IMG/VR virus record: IMGVR_UViG_3300021368_000003
Span: 31,400 to 95,399 of that record
Length of the DNA: 64,000 bases
Reading direction: 5' to 3' (one strand)
Source: a virus
In this document: piece by piece, positions 1-8,221 of the stretch
Layout: each line of letters begins with the position of its first letter
Numbering within the stretch: the stretch's first letter is position 1
The notes under the pieces: model-generated
Told to the model about the DNA's origin: nothing
The model's input: only the letters and a program-made list of their open reading frames with translations
Database searches by the model: none
Made by a program: the position numbers and the translations under genes

Positions 1-651
1 ATAGAACATGTTCATCCCGTGTGGGGTAGAAATGATAATAACTTTGGTTGATTTACCAGAAGAGATAGTAGGATAAACAGAACTGAAAAACTGGTCAGCA
101 ATATGATTCGGAATGAACGCGAATTCGTCCAGAAAGATGACGTTAAAAGACATACCCCGTACAGCAGATGCCGAAGTAGAAGCAGCCATGATTTTGCTTC
201 CGTTCTCCAATTCCAGAGATCCTCGGTTCCACTGACTGATTCCTTGTTGCAACCACTTGGGGAGGTTTTCATAACTAAGTTGTAGACGTTGTAGCATTTC
301 ACGCGCAGTCGCTGCTTTGTTAGCAAGGATTGCTACGTTGACATTATCATTGAACAGTACATACCACAACAGATAGGAAGTCACAATGGTGGACTTACCC
401 GACTGTCGTGGTAGTTTGGCGATATTAAATCTATTGTCATGAAACTTCCTAGTCATATCAACTTGGAAGTCATACATCTCAAATGGGATCAGACCTTTAT
501 CCAGAGACACAATCTTGATGTATTTCTGAATAAAGTAAACTGGATCCTTAGAGCATTTAATAAATTCCTCAATCTGATCAGGCGTAAACGATTGTGCAAC
601 GTTTGCCTTTTTAAGATTAGGATTGCCTAGGTACTGCTGATCTGCACTCAT
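1..651 (-). CDS. gp17: terminase large subunit gp17, 5' part (runs off the left edge; absent from ORF track)
   Basis: Manual translation from ATG at 651: MSADQQYLGNPNLKKAN...AKLPRQSGKST (Walker A)...ELENGSKIMAASTSASAVRGMSFNVIFLDEFAF (Walker B)...ISTPHGMNMFY. The frame is open to position 1, and the start overlaps the upstream stop (ATGA). Confidence 0.97.
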   Translation of the reverse strand, partial: MSADQQYLGNPNLKKANVAQSFTPDQIEEFIKCSKDPVYFIQKYIKIVSLDKGLIPFEMYDFQVDMTRKFHDNRFNIAKLPRQSGKSTIVTSYLLWYVLFNDNVNVAILANKAATAREMLQRLQLSYENLPKWLQQGISQWNRGSLELENGSKIMAASTSASAVRGMSFNVIFLDEFAFIPNHIADQFFSSVYPTISSGKSTKVIIISTPHGMNMFY

Positions 652-1106
652 ACCAATGTTCCGTGTTCTCTACGAATCTCTTTCAGTTCTTCAAAGTCTT
701 TTTGTTTCGTACCACCATCATATGCCCATGCATATCCTTCGGTGATCATCATTTCGTTGAGCGATAGTTCGCTGTCCCCCACATAGAGCCACCCAAGTAG
801 GCGACCATACTTACCAACACCGCCAACGAGTTCAGTACGAATAGTAAGTTGATCTTCTCCCGCAAGGGCACCTTCGAGTTTTTCTTTGAGCCAGTTTGTT
901 GCATCGATTCCTAACTCCTTTTCTTTGAGGTCTCTCGTTCTCTTCTCTGGCGTATCAACTCCTGCAACTCTAACTCTTTCTTTCTTGTATAGATCAAACC
1001 CGAGATCAATAGTAACGTCAATAGTATCGCCATCAAGAACTCTGTTGATCTCGATCACTCGAAAGTTGTAGCAACTCTTCCTGCTTGGCGGGGTCATCGC
1101 TCCCAT
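648..1106 (-). CDS. SNase/thermonuclease-family endonuclease
   Basis: RVLDGDTIDV, RVRVAGVDTPE, GKYGRLLGWLY and LNEMMITEGYAW motifs of staphylococcal-nuclease-like proteins. Confidence 0.9.
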   Translation of the reverse strand: MGAMTPPSRKSCYNFRVIEINRVLDGDTIDVTIDLGFDLYKKERVRVAGVDTPEKRTRDLKEKELGIDATNWLKEKLEGALAGEDQLTIRTELVGGVGKYGRLLGWLYVGDSELSLNEMMITEGYAWAYDGGTKQKDFEELKEIRREHGTLV

Positions 1107-1242
1107 CTTCTAACTCCTTGAATGCTAGTGTCATTATTGTATATATGTAATAACCTACTCCCATCAATAGGAGAATAAGACACCAGATGATACTCCAAGT
1201 AACATCATTGACATCATTCAGTGGTCTCAGTATCAGGTTCAT
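1033..1242 (-). CDS. small single-TM hypothetical protein
   Basis: Hydrophobic stretch WSIIWCLILLLMGVGYYIYTIM; packed with neighbours on the minus strand. Confidence 0.6.
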   Translation of the reverse strand: MNLILRPLNDVNDVTWSIIWCLILLLMGVGYYIYTIMTLAFKELEDGSDDPAKQEELLQLSSDRDQQSS

Positions 1243-1543
1243 AGGGTTTGAATGATATGCTTATATTATCTAGTCCTTCTACTTCGCTAGGGGTGGATGT
1301 AGTAACCCATGGATCAGGGATCTCTTCATCCCATTGTTTATGGATCTCACGTACCTGGTTATCAACGCTATCCATCTCCTGTTCGACCTTAGCATCGACC
1401 CAGACTTTCCACAACCATTCAATAATTGCTTTGTATATTTGATTCCAAGGGTACTTCTGATTCCTTGCCCATAGTTTGGACTTGGTATACCAGGTTTCTT
1501 TCCCTCCCCAAGTTTTTTCAAATTTGAATAAGTTAAATTTCAT
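1214..1543 (-). CDS. hypothetical protein (Trp-rich)
   Basis: 109-aa ORF; ATGA overlap with the upstream gene. Confidence 0.65.
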   Translation of the reverse strand: MKFNLFKFEKTWGGKETWYTKSKLWARNQKYPWNQIYKAIIEWLWKVWVDAKVEQEMDSVDNQVREIHKQWDEEIPDPWVTTSTPSEVEGLDNISISFKPYEPDTETTE

Positions 1544-1671
1544 TGTTCTAGACTATCTAAGTAGTCTATCCACCATTGTGGATCTTTATGGACTTTCCAG
1601 TTCGGAACAGGTTTACCCTGCTCCGAATAATGGTCGTACAATACCTTATCGATAGTCTGTGCGATCTCCAA
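1540..1671 (-). CDS. hypothetical protein (probable TTG start, 43 aa)
   Basis: 3' part of track ORF 1540..1791. TTG at 1671 is preceded by GAGG; the longer version overlaps the upstream gene extensively. Confidence 0.55.
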   Translation of the reverse strand: MEIAQTIDKVLYDHYSEQGKPVPNWKVHKDPQWWIDYLDSLEQ

Positions 1672-1858
1672 ATTCCTCTTCTTCTTCATCAACATCTGCA
1701 TACGGGTTCTCCAAATAGGGTCCTCGTTTTCGTAGAGGTTCTTTTCTGACATAATCCGACTCAGCATTGACAGCAGACATCCAGACCGCAACCTTCATTA
1801 CTATATAGATGACTGCGAGGGGTAAAAAGCACAGGATCAATGTGTATTGTGATTTCAT
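1646..1858 (-). CDS. small single-TM hypothetical protein with acidic tail
   Basis: TM segment LILCFLPLAVIYIVMKVAVWM; ATGA overlap with the gnd stop. Confidence 0.7.
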   Translation of the reverse strand: MKSQYTLILCFLPLAVIYIVMKVAVWMSAVNAESDYVRKEPLRKRGPYLENPYADVDEEEEEFGDRTDYR

Positions 1859-2868
1859 CTAACGTTGTGTCCTCCAAACATGTATCTCATACCGTTCAGA
1901 ATCTTGGATCCGAAAGCCGACAGACCGCGACTACTAAATCTTTGATAAAGAGCAGTGGATAGAACAGGAGCGGGTACACCCAGATCCACAGCGGTATGAA
2001 CAGTCCAACGACCCTCACCGCTATCGGATACTCCGCCAACGAACTTATTAAGCTCTGGATCGCTGCGAAGTACATCAGCAGTAAGATCGAGTAACCAAGA
2101 CCCAACCACACTACCGCGACGCCAACACTCAGCGACCTCAGCAACGTTAATGTCGTAGCAGTAATCTTCTGGACATTCCATGGGGGCAACCTCTGCGTCT
2201 CCCTCCTTGACATATTTAGATCCTGCATTGGCATTTTTTAGTATATTGAAACCTTCGGCATATGCCTGCATCATTCCATACTCAACACCATTATGGACCA
2301 TCTTCACAAAGTGACCCGCTCCTGGTGCTCCGCAATGCAACCAACCTGATTCAGCAGGTGAGACCCAGCTGTTGTCGTGGGTTCTGGGGGCAGCACCAAT
2401 GCCTGGTGCGAGGGAGTCAAAGATAGGACGGCAAGCAGCGACTGCTTGATCTCCGCCACCAACCATAAGACAGTATCCACGCTCCAAACCATAAACACCC
2501 CCGCTAGTACCACAGTCAATATACTGGATACCCAGTTTTGAAAGGTACGATGCCCTTTTCCTACTGTCCTTAAAATTGCTATTGCCATGATCAATAACAA
2601 TAGCTCCTTCACTACAAAATTGTAGTAACTCATCGAGTGTCTCCTGTACAAGTTCTGCTGGGATTACCATTTGGTAAACACCAGAAGGTCCAACTTGTTG
2701 AACCAATTCTTCAAGAGAAGGTGCTACCTCAGTAACATATCCTTTCTCTTTTGCTTCCTCTGCCTTAGCAAAGTTCCGTCTGTATCCATGGACTTCAATA
2801 CCAGCGGACATCATCCGACGAGACATACCCTCGCCCATCCGCCCAAGTCCGATCAATCCTACTTTCAT
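1855..2868 (-). CDS. gnd: 6-phosphogluconate dehydrogenase (short, decarboxylating type)
   Basis: Rossmann motif GLIGLGRMG, IDHGNS, DCGTSGG, GAGHFVKMVHNGVEY, DSGEGRWT and C-terminal MRYMFGGH. Confidence 0.98.
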   Translation of the reverse strand: MKVGLIGLGRMGEGMSRRMMSAGIEVHGYRRNFAKAEEAKEKGYVTEVAPSLEELVQQVGPSGVYQMVIPAELVQETLDELLQFCSEGAIVIDHGNSNFKDSRKRASYLSKLGIQYIDCGTSGGVYGLERGYCLMVGGGDQAVAACRPIFDSLAPGIGAAPRTHDNSWVSPAESGWLHCGAPGAGHFVKMVHNGVEYGMMQAYAEGFNILKNANAGSKYVKEGDAEVAPMECPEDYCYDINVAEVAECWRRGSVVGSWLLDLTADVLRSDPELNKFVGGVSDSGEGRWTVHTAVDLGVPAPVLSTALYQRFSSRGLSAFGSKILNGMRYMFGGHNVR

Positions 2869-3023
2869 TTGTGTTTCTTAGTAAACGGTTCCCAGTGTTC
2901 CCATCCATATTTGTGGACCAGGTGCATTCCTATGATGGGTACAAAAACTAAAAAGAATCCCATGATACCTAGGCACCAGGGAGTCTGCATTACCTGTCTA
3001 ACCAGGAGCTGAACGTGATTCAT
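2865..3023 (-). CDS. 52-aa single-TM microprotein (not in ORF track)
   Basis: MNHVQLLVRQVMQTPWCLGIMGFFLVFVPIIGMHLVHKYGWEHWEPFTKKHK; its stop overlaps the gnd ATG (ATGA) and it fills the gap. Confidence 0.75.
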   Translation of the reverse strand: MNHVQLLVRQVMQTPWCLGIMGFFLVFVPIIGMHLVHKYGWEHWEPFTKKHK

Positions 3024-3240
3024 TTTGGAAATACTCTGGTAAAGGACATCCTTTGAATTCGTTTATCTCATTAACAGATAGAACAAACATGGTTACAAAT
3101 CCTAGACAGAACGCAAAGAGCATTTGTGGGAAGTTATAGTTCCCCATATATGCAGTAGGATCTGGTTCATCATCATGAGGATGAAGATGTTTAGAGATCT
3201 GTTCTACTCTTTTCTTACGTTCTTCGTCAGATTTTTTCAT
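2998..3240 (-). CDS. single-TM hypothetical protein
   Basis: Probable start MKKSDEE at 3240 overlaps the zwf stop (ATGA); TM MLFAFCLGFVTMFVLSV. Confidence 0.65.
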   Translation of the reverse strand: MKKSDEERKKRVEQISKHLHPHDDEPDPTAYMGNYNFPQMLFAFCLGFVTMFVLSVNEINEFKGCPLPEYFQNESRSAPG

Positions 3241-4562
3241 GCTGGATAGTCCCAATCTGTGATAAACTCTGTCTTATGCAAGGGACCCCACAGACCTTCA
3301 TGATAAAGGAATGGTGTGGTTCGCACCTTACAAGTCTGTCCAGTACAAAGCAGATCGTCAACAATACGCCAGGATTCCAACACCTCTTCCGCGTGGACGA
3401 AGTGAGACTGGTCTCCATGGATAGCATCATAAAGTAACTTCTCATACCCATCGATAGCATTATCAGGGTAGTTATGAGTTAGTGTCGCTGCTTCGACCTC
3501 ATCCTTAAACCCAGGGGTCTTCATCTCGATACGAATATCTAGATGTGGATTAGGTTGCAATCGCATAACAATGCGATCATTAGTTGCGTGGTTAGAAAAT
3601 AGTTGTCTAACGGGTGCTTTTAGTTTAACAACAACTTCAACACAACCGTGAGGCATCTTCTTTCCTGTTAGGAAATAGAAAGGAACTTGATCCCAACGCC
3701 AGTTATCAATGTAGATATCACCAGCAGCAAAGGTAGGTGTCTCTGTATTATCTTCAACACCTTCCTCTTCTCTATACCCAACGTATTGACCTGCAACATA
3801 CTTAGTGCCAAGTCTTGTAGCAGCGAGAACTTTAACTTTCTCTCTGCGTATCTCCTTAGCGGTATACTTTGCAGGAGGTTCCATAGCAATCAAAGCAAGG
3901 ACTTGCAGGATATGATTCTGCAACATGTCTCTGACTGCACCAGCACCTTCATAGTATTGTGCTCTACCTTCACATCCAATAGTTTCGGATGCAAAGATCT
4001 GAACCTCTTCTATGTAATCCCTGTTCCAAAGTGGTTCAAGTAATACATTACTAAACCGAGTGGCAAGGATATTATTAACAGTATCTTTGCCGAGATAATG
4101 ATCAATGCGATAGACTTGCTTCTCGCGTAAACATCTCCCAACCACAGACTGTAAATGATCAGCAGATTTAAGATCGTACCCAAAGGGTTTCTCAATAACA
4201 ACACGGGATGTTTCTGAGTCTTCGACGAGTCCTGCTTCTTTGAGATTTGTGATGGCATCAGCGTACCTCTCTGGCGGAACTGAAAGAAAATATGTTATAC
4301 TTCCTTCTGTTGGAAGCGCAGCAAGACTATCCTTATCACTCAAATTACATGGAACATAATCCAAGTGCATCTTGAAGTCATCTGGATAGTCTTCCAGGTG
4401 CTCACACCAACTCTCCTTTGTATGTTTTGTTCTGGATGCTCCTATAATCTTAAAAGATTGAGGGAGCATCCCTTTCAAAAACAGTTGATACAAAGCAGGG
4501 ACCAATTTGCGTTTGCAAAGGTCCCCAGTAGCACCGAAGATAATTATTGTTTTAGTGAGCAC
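3237..4562 (-). CDS. zwf: glucose-6-phosphate 1-dehydrogenase
   Basis: IFGATGDL, EKPFG, YRIDHYLGK, RDMLQNH and NWRW motifs. Start moved to GTG 4562 because the track's N-terminal extension overlaps ndhP. Confidence 0.97.
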   Translation of the reverse strand: MLTKTIIIFGATGDLCKRKLVPALYQLFLKGMLPQSFKIIGASRTKHTKESWCEHLEDYPDDFKMHLDYVPCNLSDKDSLAALPTEGSITYFLSVPPERYADAITNLKEAGLVEDSETSRVVIEKPFGYDLKSADHLQSVVGRCLREKQVYRIDHYLGKDTVNNILATRFSNVLLEPLWNRDYIEEVQIFASETIGCEGRAQYYEGAGAVRDMLQNHILQVLALIAMEPPAKYTAKEIRREKVKVLAATRLGTKYVAGQYVGYREEEGVEDNTETPTFAAGDIYIDNWRWDQVPFYFLTGKKMPHGCVEVVVKLKAPVRQLFSNHATNDRIVMRLQPNPHLDIRIEMKTPGFKDEVEAATLTHNYPDNAIDGYEKLLYDAIHGDQSHFVHAEEVLESWRIVDDLLCTGQTCKVRTTPFLYHEGLWGPLHKTEFITDWDYPA

Positions 4563-4683
4563 ATCCGTTACCTTTATAGTCTTCTGATTCGTAGTAGTTA
4601 TTCTCACCCTTTCGTATCCCGAAATAGATCGTGGATAGTACAAAGGGTATTGCTGCCCAAAGTAAGACATTACCGAACGTCAT
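4552..4683 (-). CDS. ndhP: NdhP-like small subunit of the photosynthetic NDH-1L complex (43 aa, not in ORF track)
   Basis: MTFGNVLLWAAIPFVLSTIYFGIRKGENNYYESEDYKGNGCAH: one TM helix plus FG..YY-x4-Y-x-GNG-x-AH, like the cyanobacterial NdhP C-terminus (FFGTRNGFYDTDQYHGNGSAH). ATGA overlap with the PTOX stop. Confidence 0.85.
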   Translation of the reverse strand: MTFGNVLLWAAIPFVLSTIYFGIRKGENNYYESEDYKGNGCAH

Positions 4684-5183
4684 AATAGTTCCATCGCAGA
4701 TCTAAGTTCCTCAACGTGATGAATTTCATCTTCCATAATTTCATAGATCCTTTTGTCAGATCTATCAATGTACATTAAATAATCGCTGTACGTTTGTGCA
4801 GCGTGTTCTTCTACTTCCAGACTTAGATGGTAAGCAGACATAGGAAATAACCAGTAATAAACCACGTTAATCCAATAGTAGATAAGTACGAGGTGTCTGG
4901 CGAAAGCGCGATCAATCCAATAAGCATTACCGCCCCTGCTCTCCATATATTCAAGATGTTCTGTTTCATTTACAGACTGCTCGAAGTGTTGACGCATTAA
5001 AAAATGATGCTCAGGTCCACGTAAACCCATAGATTCACGTAGATGTAACACACTTAAAAAAGCAAAATAGGGTGCCCGAGCAATCTCTTCAAGCACCCAG
5101 AAACGTTGATAGTGACGACCTCTATAAAGAAAGTCAATGATTGCTACTGTGATATCTAACGTTATCGTATTTAATTTTTTCAT
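4680..5183 (-). CDS. ptox: plastoquinol terminal oxidase (AOX family)
   Basis: RFWVLEEIARAPYFAFLSVLH, NETEH, EVEEHA and DEIHH di-iron motifs; start MKKLN at 5183 overlaps the petE stop. Confidence 0.96.
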   Translation of the reverse strand: MKKLNTITLDITVAIIDFLYRGRHYQRFWVLEEIARAPYFAFLSVLHLRESMGLRGPEHHFLMRQHFEQSVNETEHLEYMESRGGNAYWIDRAFARHLVLIYYWINVVYYWLFPMSAYHLSLEVEEHAAQTYSDYLMYIDRSDKRIYEIMEDEIHHVEELRSAMELL

Positions 5184-5503
5184 TCTACATGTACTGTACC
5201 GATCATGCCTGCTCCTTTGTGAGGACCACACCAATAAGTATAGTCGCCTGCCTCAGGGAATGCAACGTCGAACTCTTCACCAGGCATCATAGCGAGTGCC
5301 TCGTGACTTAGTTCTGGATGATCTTCCACAACAACGTTGTGGGGTGGTAGCATGTTGTTGATGAAGTGAACTGATTCTCCTGCGCTGATTGTAACTTCTG
5401 CTGGTTCAAATACTAGATTACCGCCTGAACCCATCTGGACATCTACTGCCCATGCTGGCATAGCAAAAAATAGTGCAGCAAATAAGGAAAGAATAAACTT
5501 CAT
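5180..5503 (-). CDS. petE: plastocyanin precursor
   Basis: Signal peptide ending AWA; PHNVV and YWCGPHKGAGM type-1 Cu ligands. Confidence 0.98.
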   Translation of the reverse strand: MKFILSLFAALFFAMPAWAVDVQMGSGGNLVFEPAEVTISAGESVHFINNMLPPHNVVVEDHPELSHEALAMMPGEEFDVAFPEAGDYTYWCGPHKGAGMIGTVHVE

Positions 5504-5524
5504 AAAACCTTACTGTAACTGCAC

Positions 5525-5531
5525 TATTTAG
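5525..5531 (-). promoter_or_regulatory. T4-type late promoter (CTAAATA) upstream of petE
   Basis: TAAATA core in the intergenic gap ~22 nt before the petE ATG. Confidence 0.65.
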
Positions 5532-5549
5532 ATGTATATGATCGGTATA

Positions 5550-5843
5550 TTAACCTAATCGGTCCTGAATCTCTGACATTGCATCCTTCTTTCCTTTGAT
5601 CATTCCATCGATATAACCACTTCTATATTCCCATGTTTGACCACCAACCTGACCCTTCTTTGGGTTGATACATTGATCATTTCCTAGGTTGTTGCAAACC
5701 AAACCTGCAAGGTCTAGTTCTGAATCTTTGTTAGTGTTGCCTGTACCTCGCCAGACATGTTGTCCATTGATCCACGTTGCTCCACACTTCTCACACTCTA
5801 CGCGAGAGAGTGACAGATCAGACGCTTCTTTTTCGTTACTCAT
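5550..5843 (-). CDS. hypothetical protein with four Cys (CxxC...Cx7C)
   Basis: CEKCGATWING...VCNNLGNDQC; possible metal-binding protein. Confidence 0.8.
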   Translation of the reverse strand: MSNEKEASDLSLSRVECEKCGATWINGQHVWRGTGNTNKDSELDLAGLVCNNLGNDQCINPKKGQVGGQTWEYRSGYIDGMIKGKKDAMSEIQDRLG

Positions 5844-6060
5844 TGTTTCTAAATCCCCAGTGATGTTTCCATGGTGGTGTGAGTGGGAGACCCAGTTCCT
5901 TTTCCATTCTGAGTCTCATAGGATAGACCCTAGCACAAATGATGAAGTGTCGCAACTTTAAGTCCAGAAAATAAAACAGTCGCATTGTGGATTCTATACC
6001 AGCATATGCGACCATTAAACAGACTATTGCAACGACAAAATAAAAACCTAGCAGTTCCAT
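5836..6060 (-). CDS. small N-terminally hydrophobic hypothetical protein
   Basis: TM LLGFYFVVAIVCLMVAYAGI; short overlaps with both neighbours. Confidence 0.7.
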   Translation of the reverse strand: MELLGFYFVVAIVCLMVAYAGIESTMRLFYFLDLKLRHFIICARVYPMRLRMEKELGLPLTPPWKHHWGFRNNE

Positions 6061-6452
6061 GCGCGTAAAGATTTCGAGAGACGATCATCCCCAGTATTGT
6101 TGGATGGTTTCTGTCTCTTCCTCATACCTTTCATACGAGCACAGAAAGAACGACGACGAGGATTACCAACCTTTTTACTAGGTGCTTTCAGATCAGACCC
6201 TGGGTTCTCTTTTTCGTAGGACTTACGTCCTTTCTCATTGAGACCACCCTCTTTGTTCTGACCTTCTTTCTTAGTCCAAGCAGCACCTTCCGTACGCATT
6301 GTCATATCAGTAGGCTTCTTCTTCGATACTGCTTTCATTTGCAGTTGAAGTTTCTGCCTATTGATCATCAGTTGCTTACGCTGAATCTGTTGTTGGCGAT
6401 TCTCCATAGATTTATCGCCTGCTTCGGAAATGTACTCCTTGAAAGTAATCAT
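6048..6452 (-). CDS. basic phage protein (DUF6321-like C-terminal domain)
   Basis: GGLNEKGRKSYE..PGSDLKAP..RRSFCARMKGM..SLRAWNC motif common in phages; family name recalled, not searched. Confidence 0.8.
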   Translation of the reverse strand: MITFKEYISEAGDKSMENRQQQIQRKQLMINRQKLQLQMKAVSKKKPTDMTMRTEGAAWTKKEGQNKEGGLNEKGRKSYEKENPGSDLKAPSKKVGNPRRRSFCARMKGMRKRQKPSNNTGDDRLSKSLRAWNC

Positions 6453-6577
6453 CTTGGTTTCTTAGGACAGTTTTCTTCGTGCTTTTCGATCCATGTCTTT
6501 GGACGCCAGTGACCCTGAGGTGAAGTCACCCCACAGTATTGGCACTTCCAAATGTTGTTAGCTTGTTTTTCAGCCAT
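6449..6577 (-). CDS. 42-aa C2HC zinc-finger microprotein (not in ORF track)
   Basis: MAEKQANNIWKCQYCGVTSPQGHWRPKTWIEKHEENCPKKPR; overlaps both neighbours by a few nt. Confidence 0.75.
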   Translation of the reverse strand: MAEKQANNIWKCQYCGVTSPQGHWRPKTWIEKHEENCPKKPR

Positions 6578-7913
6578 AATGGTAAGATCCTTTATTAGTT
6601 TTCTTCGGTAGTTTACCACCTCTTACCTTGGTTCCAGATGTTTCACCGTAACCTGCTGGGTGCTTCCCTGCCTTAGTTTTACCGATGGAGTCAGACTTTG
6701 CCTTACTACCCTTTTCAGTATAGTGCAGTTTGGCGGATTTGTCTTTGTCCTTGGTAATCACAGACTCTTGTCCATGCTTGCGACCCAGACGACGCATCAC
6801 TTTGCCGAAACGGCGCTTAGACATCTTATCAGGTTTTGAGGTCTGATAGGAAACTTCACGTCCAGTTTCACCACTGTCATACTTGTACTCGCCCACACCT
6901 TTCTTGTGACCGATACCGTGCTTCTTCAAATCTTTTTCAAGACCCTTACGACCTTCACGATTTTTCTTCTCGTCAGATCCACGGTCAGCACTGATGTGTC
7001 CAGTAACCTGAGTCTTAGACTTCTGCATCATGCGACCAGTACGGTTGCCTTCGTCGAGGAACTGCTTGAAGGACTTACCCTCAACTTCCTCTTTCTTCAA
7101 ACCAACCTTACGCATCACCTTACCAACGATGCCTTCTTTCTTCTTCGCCTTAGCAGCATCGATACGCTTCTGCAAATCAGGAGAATACTTGACAGAAGAC
7201 TTCTTCTGACGCTTGGAGTAATCCATATAGGATTCACCCTTACGCAGTTTCTTAGGATCTTCCTTCTTAGGGGTTGAAGATGAGGATCCACGATCTTCAC
7301 GAGCACGTTGGTTAGCACCAGGACCACCGAGTTTCTTATCCTTATCGGGATCGGGATGCCAAAAGTCTCCACGTTCCAGTATAACAGACTCTTGCTTCAA
7401 CCGTGCTGCACGCTTTGCCTTTGCCTTAGCAAGGATTCTTTCGCGTGCTGCTTTACGCTCATCGGCGGGGATGGCAGTAACTGCACCAAGTTTTTGATCA
7501 ACATCACCAGGGGCATAACCTTCTTTCTTGGTATCGATGATGGCACCTTTACCATGCTTCTTGCGGATCTCTGCCTTGACATGATCAAGTGCGCCCATAC
7601 CGTCATACTTTTTCTTCTGGGGCATAGGTTTGGGTTGTGAACCACCAGATCTAGCAACGGACTTACTACGAGGACGCCAAGTGCCACGTTCCAACTGACG
7701 ATCCTTCATGCGATCGTAGTCTTCCTCCTTGATGAACTCTTCTTTTTTCATTGGTAACCCCTTATGTTTTGTTGATGCGAATTTCTTCACGTCGGAACGC
7801 TTGGCGGAGGCAGCAACTTTGGCAACCTCAGGCGAGGGATTCTCCATCTCTCCCTTCTGAGCCGCTCTAACCATCCCGAAGAATCTTTGTTGTTTTTTGG
7901 AGACGGCGGGCAT
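6570..7913 (-). CDS. Lys/Arg-rich multi-module protein, putative internal head protein
   Basis: N-terminal MPAVSKKQQRFFGMV..AQKGE (DUF3008-like); basic modules separated by short Glu-containing linkers. Confidence 0.8.
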   Translation of the reverse strand: MPAVSKKQQRFFGMVRAAQKGEMENPSPEVAKVAASAKRSDVKKFASTKHKGLPMKKEEFIKEEDYDRMKDRQLERGTWRPRSKSVARSGGSQPKPMPQKKKYDGMGALDHVKAEIRKKHGKGAIIDTKKEGYAPGDVDQKLGAVTAIPADERKAARERILAKAKAKRAARLKQESVILERGDFWHPDPDKDKKLGGPGANQRAREDRGSSSSTPKKEDPKKLRKGESYMDYSKRQKKSSVKYSPDLQKRIDAAKAKKKEGIVGKVMRKVGLKKEEVEGKSFKQFLDEGNRTGRMMQKSKTQVTGHISADRGSDEKKNREGRKGLEKDLKKHGIGHKKGVGEYKYDSGETGREVSYQTSKPDKMSKRRFGKVMRRLGRKHGQESVITKDKDKSAKLHYTEKGSKAKSDSIGKTKAGKHPAGYGETSGTKVRGGKLPKKTNKGSYHYG

Positions 7914-8195
7914 TTACTGTCTCGCGACTTTTGTGCATTTAAGACCTGTTCCATCGATAGTCTCCAAAGGATCCTTTTCTATGTATACAGTTTCACCAGA
8001 TCTGATCGATGCATTTCTGGCACCAAGTGCTACGTATTTGTCAGATCCACCACGCTCAGTAACCACAGGTGCATCATCAAGAACGAGCACGATGGTGGCA
8101 TTGGTATCGTTGACAACACGTACAGCAGTTGCCTTACTCAGATTGGTTGCGGCACTAAGGGTAACCTCAGTTGCCATTACTCGTACTCTATCCAT
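7914..8195 (-). CDS. hypothetical beta-rich protein
   Basis: 93-aa ORF downstream of a late promoter. Confidence 0.75.
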   Translation of the reverse strand: MDRVRVMATEVTLSAATNLSKATAVRVVNDTNATIVLVLDDAPVVTERGGSDKYVALGARNASIRSGETVYIEKDPLETIDGTGLKCTKVARQ

Positions 8196-8221
8196 TGTAA
8201 TTAGTTACAGTAGTGCTTTTA

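Noticed and set aside
12-326. Track ORFs 12..326 (-), 103..285 (+) and 439..630 (+)
   Set aside because: Alternate or antisense frames of the real gp17 gene (1..651, minus).
4563-4670. 36-aa N-terminal extension of Zwf
   Set aside because: Overlaps ndhP in another frame; GTG 4562 gives a normal-length N-terminus.
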